From Spirochaetia bacterium (GTDB taxonomy: Bacteria > Spirochaetota > Spirochaetia > UBA9216): DNA of 64,000 nucleotides. The notes under the pieces were generated by a model. The model ran no database searches. It saw only the letters and a program-made list of their open reading frames with translations, and was not told where the DNA came from. The position numbers and the translations under genes were made by a program. Where the stretch lies: the NCBI GenBank assembly GCA_963677925.2, contig CAXXYH010000004.1, positions 2,528,001 to 2,592,000 of the forward strand. The letters run 5' to 3'. Positions within the stretch are counted from its first letter, which is position 1; each line of letters begins with the position of its first letter. Positions 39,579 through 48,075 of the stretch are shown here, in pieces.

Positions 39579-40400
39579 TTATTTATTACTCAATTTTTTC
39601 AGGATTTGATCTTCAGGGTAATTTTGAGTAGTTTCCCTGCAGACTACAACAGCCCCGATTATTTCATTATAATCATCCCTGATAGGTTCATAGCTGTAAT
39701 CGCCTATCCAGACATCACTAGTGTCTTTCCGTCTAATATAATATTTAACATCCTTTCCTGATATTCCGTTCAAAGCCTGCGGCAGCGCCCATTTTTCAAG
39801 GGGGGCAAATTCCCCGTCTGCTGTATAGACTTCGAATACATCAGGGTATTTTGCGAGTGTATCTATGCACTGAGATTTGTTATCGAATCTCTGGAATCTG
39901 GCAAAGGATTCATTAAACTGGATAATATTGCCTCTGCTGTCAGAGATGAAAATTGAATTATCAAGTGTCTCTATTGATGATTTAAGGATTTTTTCTATTC
40001 GTAGATTCTCAATATGCGCATTAAAAAGTTTAAAAGCCATTTTTATTGATGCATCATAAACTGTATAACAGGAGTCTTTTACGATGTAGCCGTAACTGGT
40101 AATAGATTCCGTTTTTTGTACGATCTCCGGTTCTGTGTGTGATGATACAAAAATAATCGGAAGCTGCCTGATTTCAAGTATTTTTTGAGCCGCAACAGTA
40201 CCGTCAATTCCATGGCCCAGATTAATATCCATAAGAATCAAATCAACATCATTTGAGCTGTTTACTGCTTTGATTGCTTCCTCCCCGGAGAAAATCCCGG
40301 TGACATCATAGCCGAAACACTTCAGTTCATTTATTGTTCTGAGCTGTATTAATGCTTCGTCTTCAACGAGTAAGAGCTTTTTTCCGTTCAGTATTTCCAT
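39579..40400 (-). CDS. Response regulator receiver + PAS protein with no output domain
   Basis: LLVEDE, LMDINL, YGYIVK; PAS ending PIRD...IIGAVVVCRE. Confidence 0.85.
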   Translation of the reverse strand: MEILNGKKLLLVEDEALIQLRTINELKCFGYDVTGIFSGEEAIKAVNSSNDVDLILMDINLGHGIDGTVAAQKILEIRQLPIIFVSSHTEPEIVQKTESITSYGYIVKDSCYTVYDASIKMAFKLFNAHIENLRIEKILKSSIETLDNSIFISDSRGNIIQFNESFARFQRFDNKSQCIDTLAKYPDVFEVYTADGEFAPLEKWALPQALNGISGKDVKYYIRRKDTSDVWIGDYSYEPIRDDYNEIIGAVVVCRETTQNYPEDQILKKLSNK

Positions 40401-40576
40401 ACGAACCTCATATTGCTGATAAGAATGATAATGATGATATTTAAACTATAACAGATAGATATTATCAACACAAACATTATTTCAAAATCTTGATTTCAGC
40501 ACGTCCAGTTCATAGAATTATAGAATATATGACTGAAAGAATAAGAAAAATGATCAGTCAAATCAGGGAGGACTCT

Positions 40577-40699
40577 ATGAAACGGGTTATTTATGCATTA
40601 ATAATAGTAGCTCTGATTACAATAAGTTCGGGTATTTATTCATGTTCATTATTTGGAAAATCTGTCGACGCCAATCTCACAATCGAGAAGCTGGATTAG
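40577..40699 (+). CDS. 40-aa putative lipopeptide
   Basis: SD GGAGG; MKRVIYALIIVALITISSGIYS-CSLFGKSVDANLTIEKLD. Confidence 0.5.
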   Translation: MKRVIYALIIVALITISSGIYSCSLFGKSVDANLTIEKLD

Positions 40700-40709
40700 G
40701 GGGGCTGAA

Positions 40710-41777
40710 ATGAAAAAACTGATTTTGTTTTCTATTGTTCTGGTTTTTCTTGTGATTCCGATTTTCAGCCAATCGGGGTATCAGATGCTTGAAGTCGACG
40801 GTCTTAGGGTGCATGTCAATGAAATCCGCTTTGCACAGGGATACAGCGATTCATCAACTATCGGTTCAATATCTGTAGATCAGGATATTAACCTCACAGA
40901 TATTCCAAGCGATGTTTTTAATGAAGACACAGTGATTCGTCTTGAATTCGGTGAGAGTGAACTGATGTTCGATACTATTGACATCTGGCTGGACAGTAGC
41001 GTAGGGATTAAGGGGCACACGTATTTTGAAGCTGATAATGTGCACGTTTATACCTCTGCTGCCGGAATAAAAACCTTGGCAGGTTCAACATGGAGCGAAC
41101 CTTCAGATTACGGTTATCATACCAATGATTATCTGTACTATCCGGGTGACGGCGACGGGGGAGAAGTATCGGAAACCACATTTCTTCAGGCTATGACCAC
41201 CTTTACAGGTGATGTGCCGCTGAATATTTCACTTCTGGTTGATACCTTTCAGGTAGCATATTATTGGGACGGTGATGATAATACCAGGCATGGTTTTGTA
41301 AAAACTGTACCTATTTCCAACAATGCTTCGGCATTCCCAAGCGGAACTGCGGTAATCGGTATTACTTATCTGCCGCTGTACCTTTCTGTGAACCAGACTC
41401 TGACTTCTGAAACCTATGTTGTAGCTGAGGATTCTTCATATCTTACACCTGAAAATGGAGAATTCTATAATGAGAAGTATACAATGAATATGACACTGGT
41501 ATTTGACGAAGATGATGATACCTTTTTTATAGGCAGAACTGCTAACTGGGATGGACTATATACCTCATTCAGGCTTCCTCAGTTTGTGACAGGAGCAACC
41601 GCGTCCGGTTCAGCATATGAACTTGATCTGGAAAACTATGATGAAGGTGAGGGCGGCTGGACAGATAATTCAACTATCACGGGTTTTTCAAGGCTTGCTG
41701 TTGATGGAACAGGTACATTCACATTTACCGATTCTGCTAATCAAACTCACAGCCTTTACTGTGTAAGGGTTAAATAA
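40710..41777 (+). CDS. Secreted acidic beta-rich hypothetical protein
   Basis: Sec signal MKKLILFSIVLVFLVIPIFS-Q; rich in D/E/T/Y. Confidence 0.75.
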   Translation: MKKLILFSIVLVFLVIPIFSQSGYQMLEVDGLRVHVNEIRFAQGYSDSSTIGSISVDQDINLTDIPSDVFNEDTVIRLEFGESELMFDTIDIWLDSSVGIKGHTYFEADNVHVYTSAAGIKTLAGSTWSEPSDYGYHTNDYLYYPGDGDGGEVSETTFLQAMTTFTGDVPLNISLLVDTFQVAYYWDGDDNTRHGFVKTVPISNNASAFPSGTAVIGITYLPLYLSVNQTLTSETYVVAEDSSYLTPENGEFYNEKYTMNMTLVFDEDDDTFFIGRTANWDGLYTSFRLPQFVTGATASGSAYELDLENYDEGEGGWTDNSTITGFSRLAVDGTGTFTFTDSANQTHSLYCVRVK

Positions 41778-41785
41778 ATTTAATC

Positions 41786-41818
41786 CGGTCTGAGTAGCGC
41801 AGAAGCGAACTCAGACCG
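41786..41818. terminator. Hairpin between convergent genes
   Basis: CGGTCTGAGT...ACTCAGACCG stem, weak U-tract. Confidence 0.55.
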
Positions 41819-41830
41819 AATCCCAGATAT

Positions 41831-42127
41831 TTAATTCCAGCTCCGCTTGTTTTTCATGGCATATGCATCTGCCATGATCTCCCGAAGTCCGCTTTCGTCT
41901 GTGACATCTCTTTCCCGCTGATCTTCAAGTTCTTCAAGAAATTTTTCTTCCATGTTGTGCAGATCATCGGACAGCTTGCCGCTCCAAATCTGCCTTACAA
42001 GTTCATCCTGATCGTCAGCAAAGCTTATCAGCCGATGAGCCTGCTGGACGCTGCAGTACCAGCGTATATCATCAATTTCCAGGCCGTATTCTTCAAGTAG
42101 TTCTTTAACAGTCACTGCTGCCTCCAT
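41831..42127 (-). CDS. Hypothetical protein
   Basis: 98-aa helical ORF with DIRWY and IWSG.L motifs. Confidence 0.7.
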   Translation of the reverse strand: MEAAVTVKELLEEYGLEIDDIRWYCSVQQAHRLISFADDQDELVRQIWSGKLSDDLHNMEEKFLEELEDQRERDVTDESGLREIMADAYAMKNKRSWN

Positions 42128-42199
42128 AGATTCATACTAATGGACAGCCCGTATACAGTAAAGAGCCTGTATGGATTGTAGAGCAGCTTTAGAAAAACC

Positions 42200-42224
42200 T
42201 AAGGTAAAATTTTAAAATACCGAT
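42200..42224 (+). promoter_or_regulatory. Putative sigma28 (FliA) promoter
   Basis: TAAG-N16-CCGAT about 30 nt before SD AGGAGG. Confidence 0.5.
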
Positions 42225-42252
42225 TTATTAATAAGAATACGATCAGGAGGCT

Positions 42253-42474
42253 GTGAACATGGTTCAATACAGAATAAAAAGCAGCGACGAGATAAAAAAT
42301 TATCTCAGCATCCTCGGCGAAAGAGACGGCGGTTACGACGTCATGATCATCAATGAAAATGATAATTATAGAAAAGAAGTTCGTGATTTTCTAAGCAGAG
42401 AGCTGTTTGAAACCTGTTTAAGAACAGGATATCTTATTAAGCTCGGTGAGAATCGAAACCTTAAGTCTGCCTAG
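42253..42474 (+). CDS. Small hypothetical protein
   Basis: SD AGGAGG; LFETCLRTGYL; followed by a terminator. Confidence 0.75.
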   Translation: MNMVQYRIKSSDEIKNYLSILGERDGGYDVMIINENDNYRKEVRDFLSRELFETCLRTGYLIKLGENRNLKSA

Positions 42475-42481
42475 TATTGCA

Positions 42482-42526
42482 GAGGGGCTGAGCAGGTATT
42501 TCAAAACCTGGTCGGTCCCTTTTTTT
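42482..42526 (+). terminator. Intrinsic terminator
   Basis: AGGGGCTGA..CAGGT...ACCTG..TCGGTCCCT followed by a T-run. Confidence 0.65.
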
Positions 42527-42695
42527 ATTCGTATCTGGCTCTTACATCAGCCAAAGCTGTTTCAAGAGTCCGTATTTCCTTCTGAATTTCTTCAATTCTT
42601 GAAGGATCCAGAGTTGACTTCGCCGTGGATGCCAACCTGTTGATCTTTTTAATAATCTCTTCTTTTTTAAAGGAAAGTCCAGCATTTTCTTCCAT
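42525..42695 (-). CDS. 56-aa coiled-coil small protein (absent from the ORF track)
   Basis: SD GAGG; MEENAGLSFKKEEIIKKINRLASTAKSTLDPSRIEEIQKEIRTLETALADVRARYE*. Confidence 0.6.
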   Translation of the reverse strand: MEENAGLSFKKEEIIKKINRLASTAKSTLDPSRIEEIQKEIRTLETALADVRARYE

Positions 42696-42760
42696 ATTTT
42701 AAACCTCTAAGAAGATCATTTTAATTATAGTAAATACACGCACGAAATCAAGAAATATGG

Positions 42761-42789
42761 TTGACAAGAATTTATGATTTTGTTATAAA
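42761..42789 (+). promoter_or_regulatory. sigma70 promoter of tRNA-Gly
   Basis: TTGACA-N17-TATAAA with extended -10 TG. Confidence 0.8.
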
Positions 42790-42801
42790 TCTACCTACAA
42801 C

Positions 42802-42873
<72 letters not shown>

Positions 42874-42881
42874 TAGATTTG

Positions 42882-42916
42882 AAAGGGTTCATCTTAAAAG
42901 ATGAACCCTTTTTTTT
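42882..42916 (+). terminator. tRNA-Gly terminator
   Basis: AAAGGGTTCATCTT-AA-AAGATGAACCCTTT ending in a T8 run. Confidence 0.9.
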
Positions 42917-43006
42917 GCTTAATAAATTTTAGTCATCTATTAAAGATGAACAACGGAAAAATTGATATGAAGTCTAAAACCATGGACTCTTCATATCTCT
43001 TTAATT

Positions 43007-43036
43007 AAAAGGCTGACCCTAATGAGTCAGCCTTTT
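43007..43036. terminator. Bidirectional terminator after the oxidoreductase gene
   Basis: AAAAGGCTGAC...GTCAGCCTTTT. Confidence 0.85.
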
Positions 43037-43063
43037 ATCTATGAAAAATTACTACTTCAGGAT

Positions 43064-43915
43064 CTATGCGTATGCGCTAAGAGCTGATTTAAGTGTGGCG
43101 GTAGGCCGTCCGATGATTTTTGACAGATCACCATTGCCGTATTCAAGTGTTCCTTCTGAAATACTGGTGTCAAGCATAGCATAAAAACCGGCTGTGCCCT
43201 CATCCATTCCTGAACTCTTAAGCATTTCGGCTACTGCATTTTCACTGATCTCAACGTAGGGAACATCCTTCCCTATGATTTCTCCGATTGTTGAAGCGAG
43301 CTCTTTATAATCAAATGCATGGTCGCCGCCGAATTCATAAGTTTTTCCGTTGTGTCCTTCACCCAGTAGAACTGCCGCAGCACCCTCCGCGTAATCTTCA
43401 CGGGTAGCACTGGCCACTCTACCGGTTTTTGCAGCGGCAGCCACCTGACCGAATGCTTTGGCTCCTTCAATATAGCCAATATAGTTTTCGGTATACCAGT
43501 TATTGCGAACAATCGTGAATGCCAGCCTTGATGATTTAAGGTATCTTTCCGTTTCTTTGTGTTCCGGGGCCAGTGGATTGGTACTTGTCTCTGCTTTGGT
43601 GATGCTTGTATAGACTATATGCGAAACACCTGCTTTTTTTGCCGCATCTATCACATTCTTATGCTGTGAGGCTCTTTTGCCGACCTCGCTTGAAGAAATC
43701 AGAAGAACTCTGTCTACTCCTGCAAAAGCTTGTTCCAGTGAAGCTGCATTTTCATAATCGCCCTGTCGGACTTCGACACCTTTTGCAGCAAGTCTCTTTG
43801 CTTTTTCTGCATTTCGGGCAACAGCTATTATATTTCCAGCTGAGGTCTTATCTAATAATTTTTCAATTGCATAATTTCCTAGTTTACCTGTTGATCCTGT
43901 TACAGCTACTTTCAT
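43064..43915 (-). CDS. NAD(P)H:quinone oxidoreductase, QorB/YtfG-like atypical SDR
   Basis: TGSTGKLG, LLISSSEVG.R..QH, IVYTS, RNNWYTEN, TREDYAE. Confidence 0.9.
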   Translation of the reverse strand: MKVAVTGSTGKLGNYAIEKLLDKTSAGNIIAVARNAEKAKRLAAKGVEVRQGDYENAASLEQAFAGVDRVLLISSSEVGKRASQHKNVIDAAKKAGVSHIVYTSITKAETSTNPLAPEHKETERYLKSSRLAFTIVRNNWYTENYIGYIEGAKAFGQVAAAAKTGRVASATREDYAEGAAAVLLGEGHNGKTYEFGGDHAFDYKELASTIGEIIGKDVPYVEISENAVAEMLKSSGMDEGTAGFYAMLDTSISEGTLEYGNGDLSKIIGRPTATLKSALSAYA

Positions 43916-43963
43916 GTAAAACTCCTTAAGTTTTTATGAGAACATAGTGTTCCCATTCAGTTC

Positions 43964-44392
43964 TCAAGTCCCTATATCTGCAAGGACTTCTTCGATTGAA
44001 ACACTTTCCAGAACGTCTTCCATTGCCTTCGTTGCTTTTGTAAGAACAATATCCAGAACCGCGTTTATATTTTTTCCAATCGGGCAGTTAGGGTTAGGCT
44101 CGTTATGAAGATTAAAAAGCTCATCGTCCTTTACAACCTCAACCGCTCGATACACATCAAGAAGGCTTATCTCTTCCGGTTCGGCGGTTAAAAACGCACC
44201 GCCGCTGCCGCTTTTTACGATAATCAGGCCGGCTGCTTTCAGCTTAGCGATTACCTTCCGGATAATAACAGGGTTGATGTTTACGCTTTCCGCTATATAT
44301 TCGGAGGTACAGCTTATACTTGCATCTTTCCTGGTGAAGGCAATAATGAGAAGTATATGTATTCCGATTGCAAAACGATTGCTTATTTTCAT
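43964..44392 (-). CDS. Rrf2-family repressor, YwnA/SifR-like
   Basis: SNRFAIGIHIL, SEYIAESVNINPVIIR, HNEPNPNCPIG (HxxPNPxC). Confidence 0.9.
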   Translation of the reverse strand: MKISNRFAIGIHILLIIAFTRKDASISCTSEYIAESVNINPVIIRKVIAKLKAAGLIIVKSGSGGAFLTAEPEEISLLDVYRAVEVVKDDELFNLHNEPNPNCPIGKNINAVLDIVLTKATKAMEDVLESVSIEEVLADIGT

Positions 44393-44400
44393 GTTCATCG

Positions 44401-44443
44401 CTCCTGTTGTAACAAAAGTAGTTACAACAGGAGGCAGAGTCAA
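44401..44443 (-). promoter_or_regulatory. Promoter with overlapping Rrf2 operator
   Basis: TTGACT-N17-TACTTT; perfect inverted repeat CTCCTGTTGTAAC-N7-GTTACAACAGGAG (44401-44433) centred on the -10. Confidence 0.8.
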
Positions 44444-44548
44444 GTTTTTTTGATTTTTATTTATCTTTTTAACCTGGTGGTGAAATTTACAGTTTGTTTC
44501 AGAGTAAATTTATGGTCTATCATTGAGAATTAAAAAGGAGTAAAACTC

Positions 44549-45469
44549 TTAAAACTCGCTTAGATCAAAGAAATCCTTCAGTCCGTCCAGAAACTTTTCC
44601 GAGCCCTTTGTAAGATACCTTTCCTTCAGGTAGGCCACAGAAACTGTTCTGCAGCAGTAATCTTCTTCAAGGTCGATATAATGAAGATTCTTCTCCCATT
44701 CCGGAATATCCCTTTTTGAAGTCATATGCTCAAAGCGGTATTTGCTTACAAAAGCAATTCCCCGTCCTATACTTAATAATTCTCCGATGAGCTCTGCGTT
44801 GTCTCCTTCAAAAGCAATAACCGGCTTGAATCCGGCTTTATTGCATAGGGTATAAACAGTATCACGTAAATCGGGATCTGAATTATTCGAGAGGAAGGGA
44901 AAATCTTTCAAATCTTTCAGCGATGCTTTTTCCTGACCGAACATCGGGTTATTTTCAGAAACAACAACTCCGAGTTTGTAAGTATAAAGATTTATCTGTT
45001 CAATTTCAGGAGAGCTGAAGTCAGATACTGTAAAGGCAAGATCAAGTTTACGTGTCAGCAGCAGTTTTTCAATATGTTCATTTCCATGCTGAAAGTGGTG
45101 AAAATTTATCCTGGGGTTTTCTATACAGAAATCCCTGATGAAGTTAAAAGCAGGACTGGGAGCCGAAATGAGGAAGTTACTGGCAATAAACAGATCTCCG
45201 GTACTTCCGTCTGCCATCTCTGTTATCTCACGTACAGATGCATTAAGCTCTCTGAGCATTTTCCGGGTATTCTTTAGAAAACGTCTCCCGTATTCAGTCA
45301 GGTAAACATTTCTCTTTTTTCTTTCGAAAAGTGGAATCCCCAGCTCTGTTTCCAGGTTCAGGATAGCCTTGCTTAAAGCCGGCTGCGAAATATGAAGTTC
45401 ATCTGATGCCTGCGTAAAATGCTCCAGTTCTGCAACTTTGCAGAAATACTGTAGTTGAGATAATTCCAT
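44549..45469 (-). CDS. LysR-family transcriptional regulator
   Basis: LQYF..VA...HFT.A...LHISQPALS..I..LE.ELG..LFER. Confidence 0.95.
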   Translation of the reverse strand: MELSQLQYFCKVAELEHFTQASDELHISQPALSKAILNLETELGIPLFERKKRNVYLTEYGRRFLKNTRKMLRELNASVREITEMADGSTGDLFIASNFLISAPSPAFNFIRDFCIENPRINFHHFQHGNEHIEKLLLTRKLDLAFTVSDFSSPEIEQINLYTYKLGVVVSENNPMFGQEKASLKDLKDFPFLSNNSDPDLRDTVYTLCNKAGFKPVIAFEGDNAELIGELLSIGRGIAFVSKYRFEHMTSKRDIPEWEKNLHYIDLEEDYCCRTVSVAYLKERYLTKGSEKFLDGLKDFFDLSEF

Positions 45470-45483
45470 GTTTACTCCAACTA

Positions 45484-45498
45484 ATAACTTATGGTTAT
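45484..45498. promoter_or_regulatory. LysR-type T-N11-A box
   Basis: ATAAC-N5-GTTAT in the divergent intergenic region; related AATAAC-N4-GTTATT at 45579-45594. Confidence 0.6.
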
Positions 45499-45649
45499 CA
45501 TAGTAAACTATATGTATGAATATTGGTAATACTAATAATCTATGATAATGATAACTCTGAACTATTAACTGTTACTGGAATAACTTGCGTTATTTTTTAA
45601 TTATGATTAAAATGAATGCACACAATAAAAATTTACCGGAGTTGATTAG

Positions 45650-46501
45650 ATGAGTGATAAAGGATTTCTGTCACCTGCAGAAATAGCTGCTGAAGCTGTT
45701 TCCTACGGAAAGAAAAAAACGGATTTGACAATTTTAAAAATGCTGTTCCTGGGGCTTGCTGCCGGAGCATTTATAGCTTTTGCTGCGGAAGGTTCCAACA
45801 TGGCAGCATTTAATTTATTTCTTAATAACAATACTTATGGACTGGGAAAGGCTATTGCCGGAGCCATTTTCGGAACCGGACTGATGCTGGTGATAATTGC
45901 AGGCGGTGAGCTTTTCACAGGAAATGTTCTGATACTGACCGGTGTAATGCAGAAGCAGATAAAGATTTCAAGAATGCTTCGCAACTGGTTTTTTGTTTAT
46001 ATAGGAAATTTTATCGGCTCTGTTCTTATTGCATGGTTTATGAATCTTTCAGGGCTTTTTGACAGCAGCGCAGGAGATCTTGGTGCCGTCACCATAAAAA
46101 TAGCCGCCTATAAAGTTAACCTGTCATTTGTAAAGGCTATCGTACTCGGTATTATGTGCAACTGGCTGGTCTGCCTTGCAGTATGGATGGCCTGGGGTGC
46201 TAAAGATATAACCGGAAAGATTTTCGCCATTTTTTTCCCTATCTGGCTGTTTATTACATCAGGCTTCGAACATAGTGTTGCCAACATGTATTATATCCCT
46301 GCAGGAATAATGGCAAAGGGAAGTGAAAAGCTTGCCGAAGCGGCTATTGCGCATGGTATGACCGCTGAAGGTCTTGCAGGTCTGAACTGGGGAACATTCA
46401 TAACAGGAAACCTTATCCCAGTTACCATCGGTAATATAATCGGAGGCGGACTTTTTGTAGCCTTCATTTACTGGTTTGCCTACCTGAAAAAAAACAAATA
46501 A
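45650..46501 (+). CDS. Formate/nitrite transporter (FdhC/FocA family)
   Basis: GGELFTGN, GNFIG, CNWLVCLAVW, GFEHSVANM, GNIIGG. Confidence 0.95.
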   Translation: MSDKGFLSPAEIAAEAVSYGKKKTDLTILKMLFLGLAAGAFIAFAAEGSNMAAFNLFLNNNTYGLGKAIAGAIFGTGLMLVIIAGGELFTGNVLILTGVMQKQIKISRMLRNWFFVYIGNFIGSVLIAWFMNLSGLFDSSAGDLGAVTIKIAAYKVNLSFVKAIVLGIMCNWLVCLAVWMAWGAKDITGKIFAIFFPIWLFITSGFEHSVANMYYIPAGIMAKGSEKLAEAAIAHGMTAEGLAGLNWGTFITGNLIPVTIGNIIGGGLFVAFIYWFAYLKKNK

Positions 46502-46635
46502 AATTGCTAAATTTTCATGGCTGATTTTGTGATTATTGGACTATCAGCCATGAATTCCACAAAATCTCGAATTGTCCGCATTTTTTTCTCCCCTTATCAT
46601 TGAAACAACCTGTATTATGTAAAGGAGAAGTTTTG

Positions 46636-48060
46636 ATGGTGGATATTAAAACTGCAGCCAAAGTTCCTTTTAAAGTGAAACTTGGTTACGTACTGGGAAA
46701 CGGGGGGGATGCAATTCCCTATAACCTGTTTTACACTTATTTTCTGTTTTTTATGACTGATGTTGCGGGTATCTCACCTGCAGTGGCGGGCATAATCTCT
46801 TTTGTTTCGGTCTGCTGGGACGGTATTACAGACCCTGTTGTCGGATACATGTCGGACACGTCAAGCAATAAGCGCGGCAGAAGAAGACCCTATATGTTCA
46901 ACAGTATATGGCCTTTGGGGATACTTGTCTTTCTTCTGTTTACACCAATCCCGTTTACCGGTGCTGTTAAGATTATTTACTATCTTTTTATCACAATTCT
47001 GCTATGGACATTCTACACAACCTATATGATTCCATTTACGGCTCTCGGCGCAGAACTCAGTCAGGACTATAAGGAAAGAAACATTATAAGGATGATGGGC
47101 GCCTTTGTGGCATATCCGCTTGTAGCTCTCTGCAATGCCGGACCTATGTGGGTTATCCAGAATGGAATGGCCAGAGGCCTGAGCATACAGCAGTGCTGGA
47201 ATATTACGGGGGCTGTAGGTGGAGTTCTCCTTATCATTCTGGGACTTATCAGCTGGAGAAGCTCCAGGGGCAGGGAACTCATTAGAACTGCCGAAGAAAT
47301 TGCTAATGCAAAACGAAAACACATATTTAAACAGTTTAAAGAGATTCTAAGCCTTAAAACATTCAGAGTAGTAGTAGTTGCAGGTCTGATCTACATGCTT
47401 GGTTTTACAATGGCAAACACATCAGTCGTATACCTGCTCACACATAATGCCGGTCTGCATCCTGGTCAGCAGGGACTTTTCTGGATGCTTTATTCGCTTT
47501 TTGCCATCTGCACAGCGCCTATACCTGTATTCATTGCAAATAAAATAGGCCGAAAAAAATCATTTATCATTTTCGGACTTATGTATTTTGTGAATGCAAT
47601 TGTTTTCTTTATCACTGGTGTCAATTCACTGACTTCAGCCCTGGCCTTTGCTTTCTTCATTGCCATGACAACAAGTGCCTTCTGGGGGCTTTTCTATGCC
47701 TTTGTTTATGATTGCAGTGAACTGGATGAATATGTTAATCATCAGAGACGTGAAGGCAGCATTGTAGCAATCGCACAGTTCCTTGGAAAATTCGGAGCTG
47801 CCGGCGCTGCTTCACTAACCGGATTTATTCTTCAGGGATTCGGATACAAGGGCCTTGGCCCGGGAATGGAATCTGCAGGTGCAATGAAGGGTATACTAAT
47901 TTCTTCTACTATTATCCCGGGATCGGTGATACTTATCAGTATGCTCATCTTCATGAATTATAAGCTTACAAGACCACGCTTCGAAGCACTAAAGGCAGCA
48001 ATTGAAGCCCGAAAGGCCGGCGGAGAAGTTTCCACCGAAGGGTTTGAGGAAATACTTTAA
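46636..48060 (+). CDS. GPH-family (MelB/UidB-like) MFS cation symporter
   Basis: FFMTDV.GI, WDGITDPVVG..SD, GRRRPY, IPFTALGAEL..DY.ER, D.SELDE..RREG. Confidence 0.9.
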   Translation: MVDIKTAAKVPFKVKLGYVLGNGGDAIPYNLFYTYFLFFMTDVAGISPAVAGIISFVSVCWDGITDPVVGYMSDTSSNKRGRRRPYMFNSIWPLGILVFLLFTPIPFTGAVKIIYYLFITILLWTFYTTYMIPFTALGAELSQDYKERNIIRMMGAFVAYPLVALCNAGPMWVIQNGMARGLSIQQCWNITGAVGGVLLIILGLISWRSSRGRELIRTAEEIANAKRKHIFKQFKEILSLKTFRVVVVAGLIYMLGFTMANTSVVYLLTHNAGLHPGQQGLFWMLYSLFAICTAPIPVFIANKIGRKKSFIIFGLMYFVNAIVFFITGVNSLTSALAFAFFIAMTTSAFWGLFYAFVYDCSELDEYVNHQRREGSIVAIAQFLGKFGAAGAASLTGFILQGFGYKGLGPGMESAGAMKGILISSTIIPGSVILISMLIFMNYKLTRPRFEALKAAIEARKAGGEVSTEGFEEIL

Positions 48061-48075
48061 CAAGAGAGAACTACA

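Noticed and set aside
40697-40712. TAG read-through (pyrrolysine-like) joining the lipopeptide to the next gene
   Set aside because: The two ORFs are in different frames and the second has its own signal peptide.
42964-42997. Extra hairpin GATATGAAG...CTTCATATC as a separate sRNA
   Set aside because: No convincing promoter between the two flanking terminators.
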